This document shows positions 62,290-64,000 of a stretch of DNA of 64,000 nt, one piece after another. The notes below the pieces were generated by a model. It searched no databases. It had not been told where the DNA came from and saw only the letters and a list, made by a program, of their open reading frames with translations. The translations under genes and the position numbers were made by a program. Source of the stretch: Octopus sinensis (Eukaryota); contig NC_043004.1 in assembly GCF_006345805.1 (NCBI RefSeq), positions 40,300,001 to 40,364,000 of the forward strand. Direction: 5' to 3'. Within the stretch, counting starts at the first letter, position 1, and every line of letters starts with the position of its first letter.

Positions 62290-64000
62290 AAGAAAGAAAT
62301 GGCTGCCGGTTTTCGCGGTGCACCCGCCCTCCCACCCCCTCCACCTGTACATGAAGTCATCCTTGTCTCCCTTGTACACTTCAAAGTCTTACGCCACCCT
62401 CACCCCCTACCATAAAAGGTAGTGGTCATTCATTGCAAGATACACTTCAAGTCTTACGCCACCCCACCTCCTTCCATAAAAGGTAGTGGTCAGTCATTGC
62501 AAGATATGTTTAGTGTTGTGTACGCGGTTTGAACTTAAGTTCTATTGTTTGTCTATGAATCCTGCCAAACGTGAGTTTTCTTTTCAGGTCCATGACGCTA
62601 CTAGGGCCAATACCACCACCACCCCCACCCACACCCTCAGGGTTGGCACCCTCAACGTTGGCACACTGAAAGGCAGATCTGGCGAGATCGTTGAATTGCT
62701 TGAACGGAGGTGGGTTGATATATGCTGCATTCAAGAAGTGAGGTGGAGAGGAGGTTCTGCTAGGTTCCTCACAGGCAAAGGACAGAGGTACAAGATTTTC
62801 TGGGCTGGGAATACTGACGGAGTCGGGGGTGTGGGCATGCTTATCACCGAAAAATGGGTAGATAAGGTAATCGAGGTAGTCAGAGTATGTGACAGAATAA
62901 TTAAGATTAGATTAGTGCTCCATCATAGTTTAGCAACTATTATATCGGCCTATGCCCCTCAGCCAGGGCTACCTGATGGACAGAAAGACTGTTTCTATGA
63001 CACCCTACTGCAGACCACATCATTGACGAACGACAGGGACCTTCTCTTTGTGGCTGGTGACTTCAATGGGCATGTTGGACGATGTGCTGGGGGCTTCCAT
63101 GGCGTGCATGGAGGCTATGGTTATGGTTCCCGCAACGAGGAGGGAACCAGGCTGCTGGAGTTCTGCGATGCGAATAGTCTTATGGTTTGCAACACTAACT
63201 TCAGGAAACCGACAAGCCACCTGGTCACCTACCGATCGGGCCAGCATACTAGCCAAATCGACTACATCCTTGCCAGAAAAAGGGAAAGATGGCTGCTTAT
63301 AAATGCCAAAACCTTCCCAGGCGAAGAATGCAACCCACAACATAGACTGGTAGTTAGTGACTTTAGGATCAGGACTAAGAGGGCGACTAGAAGACGACCA
63401 ACATGGAGAAGAAGGGTCTGGAAGCTTAAAGACCCTGCGAATGGACAGAGATTTAGAGACATGTTACTTGAAGCCTTTGACGAAATGGAAGGGGGTATAG
63501 CTACGCATGGGTAGAAGACAACTGGACGCTTCTGAGGGACAACCTGCTGAAAGCCACTGACCAGATCTGTGGCTGGTGCAAAGTCCCCTTAAGACCAAAA
63601 TAACGTGGTGGTGGAACAATATTGTTGACAGGGCTATTAGACAAAAGAAACAGGCTTGGAAGGCCTGGAAGAACGGTGGTAGCAGGGAAGTGTATCAGAC
63701 TGCCAGAAGGGAAGCTAGGAGACAGGTCTATCTAGCCAGAGGGGAGGCAGATAAAGAAAAATTTGCCATGTCCTGCGCCATGAGGATGAAAGACTTGAGG
63801 TATTTCGTGTTGCAAGAGTGTGTGAGAGAGAATCGTGACGTGGTAGGAGAGAAATGTGTTCGCAAGGATGACGGTTCACTTGCGCTAAATGAGGATGCAA
63901 AGAGAGAGGCTTGGAGACGCCACTATGAAAGGTTGCTGAATGAGGAAAATGAATGGGATAAAGAGAGTCTGCTGAATGTCGACCCAACAGAGGGACCAGC
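62290..64000 (+). mobile_element. 5' portion of a young RTE-clade LINE, running off the window
   Basis: CpG-rich 5' region with a 66-bp duplication, an open endonuclease frame, then a frameshifted continuation (WWWNNIVDRAI, WRRHYERLLNEENEWD). Confidence 0.9.
62486..63514 (+). CDS. RTE LINE ORF, AP-endonuclease (EEP) domain; true start uncertain
   Basis: GTLNV, CIQEVRW, IISAYAP, GDFNGHVG, SQIDYIL and QHRLVV motifs, with no stop over 342 codons. Confidence 0.9.
   Translation: MVSHCKICLVLCTRFELKFYCLSMNPAKREFSFQVHDATRANTTTTPTHTLRVGTLNVGTLKGRSGEIVELLERRWVDICCIQEVRWRGGSARFLTGKGQRYKIFWAGNTDGVGGVGMLITEKWVDKVIEVVRVCDRIIKIRLVLHHSLATIISAYAPQPGLPDGQKDCFYDTLLQTTSLTNDRDLLFVAGDFNGHVGRCAGGFHGVHGGYGYGSRNEEGTRLLEFCDANSLMVCNTNFRKPTSHLVTYRSGQHTSQIDYILARKRERWLLINAKTFPGEECNPQHRLVVSDFRIRTKRATRRRPTWRRRVWKLKDPANGQRFRDMLLEAFDEMEGGIATHG

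Noticed and set aside
62290-62360. HDV-like ribozyme at the RTE 5' end
   Set aside because: I looked because some RTEs have one, but could not build P1/P2/P3.

Overview
AT-rich eukaryotic non-coding DNA, saturated with transposon relics and microsatellites. The SINE/RTE families look to me like those of Octopus (coleoid cephalopod); this is recognition, not a database result. I found no host protein-coding gene, rRNA, true tRNA gene or CRISPR array that I can support. Almost all ORF-track entries are microsatellite translations or shadows of repeats. Recognisable content: four or more tRNA-headed SINE families; many RTE 3'-end copies; the 5' part of a young RTE LINE with an open AP-endonuclease frame (62.5-64 kb); CR1 and second-family RTE 3' ends; a POGK-like pogo split by nested insertions; four Tc1/mariner relics and a Tc1-type MITE; hAT, piggyBac and Helitron non-autonomous elements; and Penelope-like (PLE) RT and GIY-YIG relics. 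Most interesting signals: (1) about six scattered minimal type-I hammerhead-ribozyme folds or remnants, most with short palindromic stem III (best at 12301-12348 minus and 61361-61441 plus); one related core sits in a tRNA-headed element with PLE-like inverted ends (14.45-14.78 kb); (2) four long fold-back hairpins; (3) a 487-bp tandem-plus-inverted array carrying a perfect H-type pseudoknot; (4) a MITE family with internal (TTAGGG)n and 8-bp TSDs; (5) a SINE dimer inside a single TSD. All coordinates and folds were worked out by eye; boundaries of decayed repeats are approximate.
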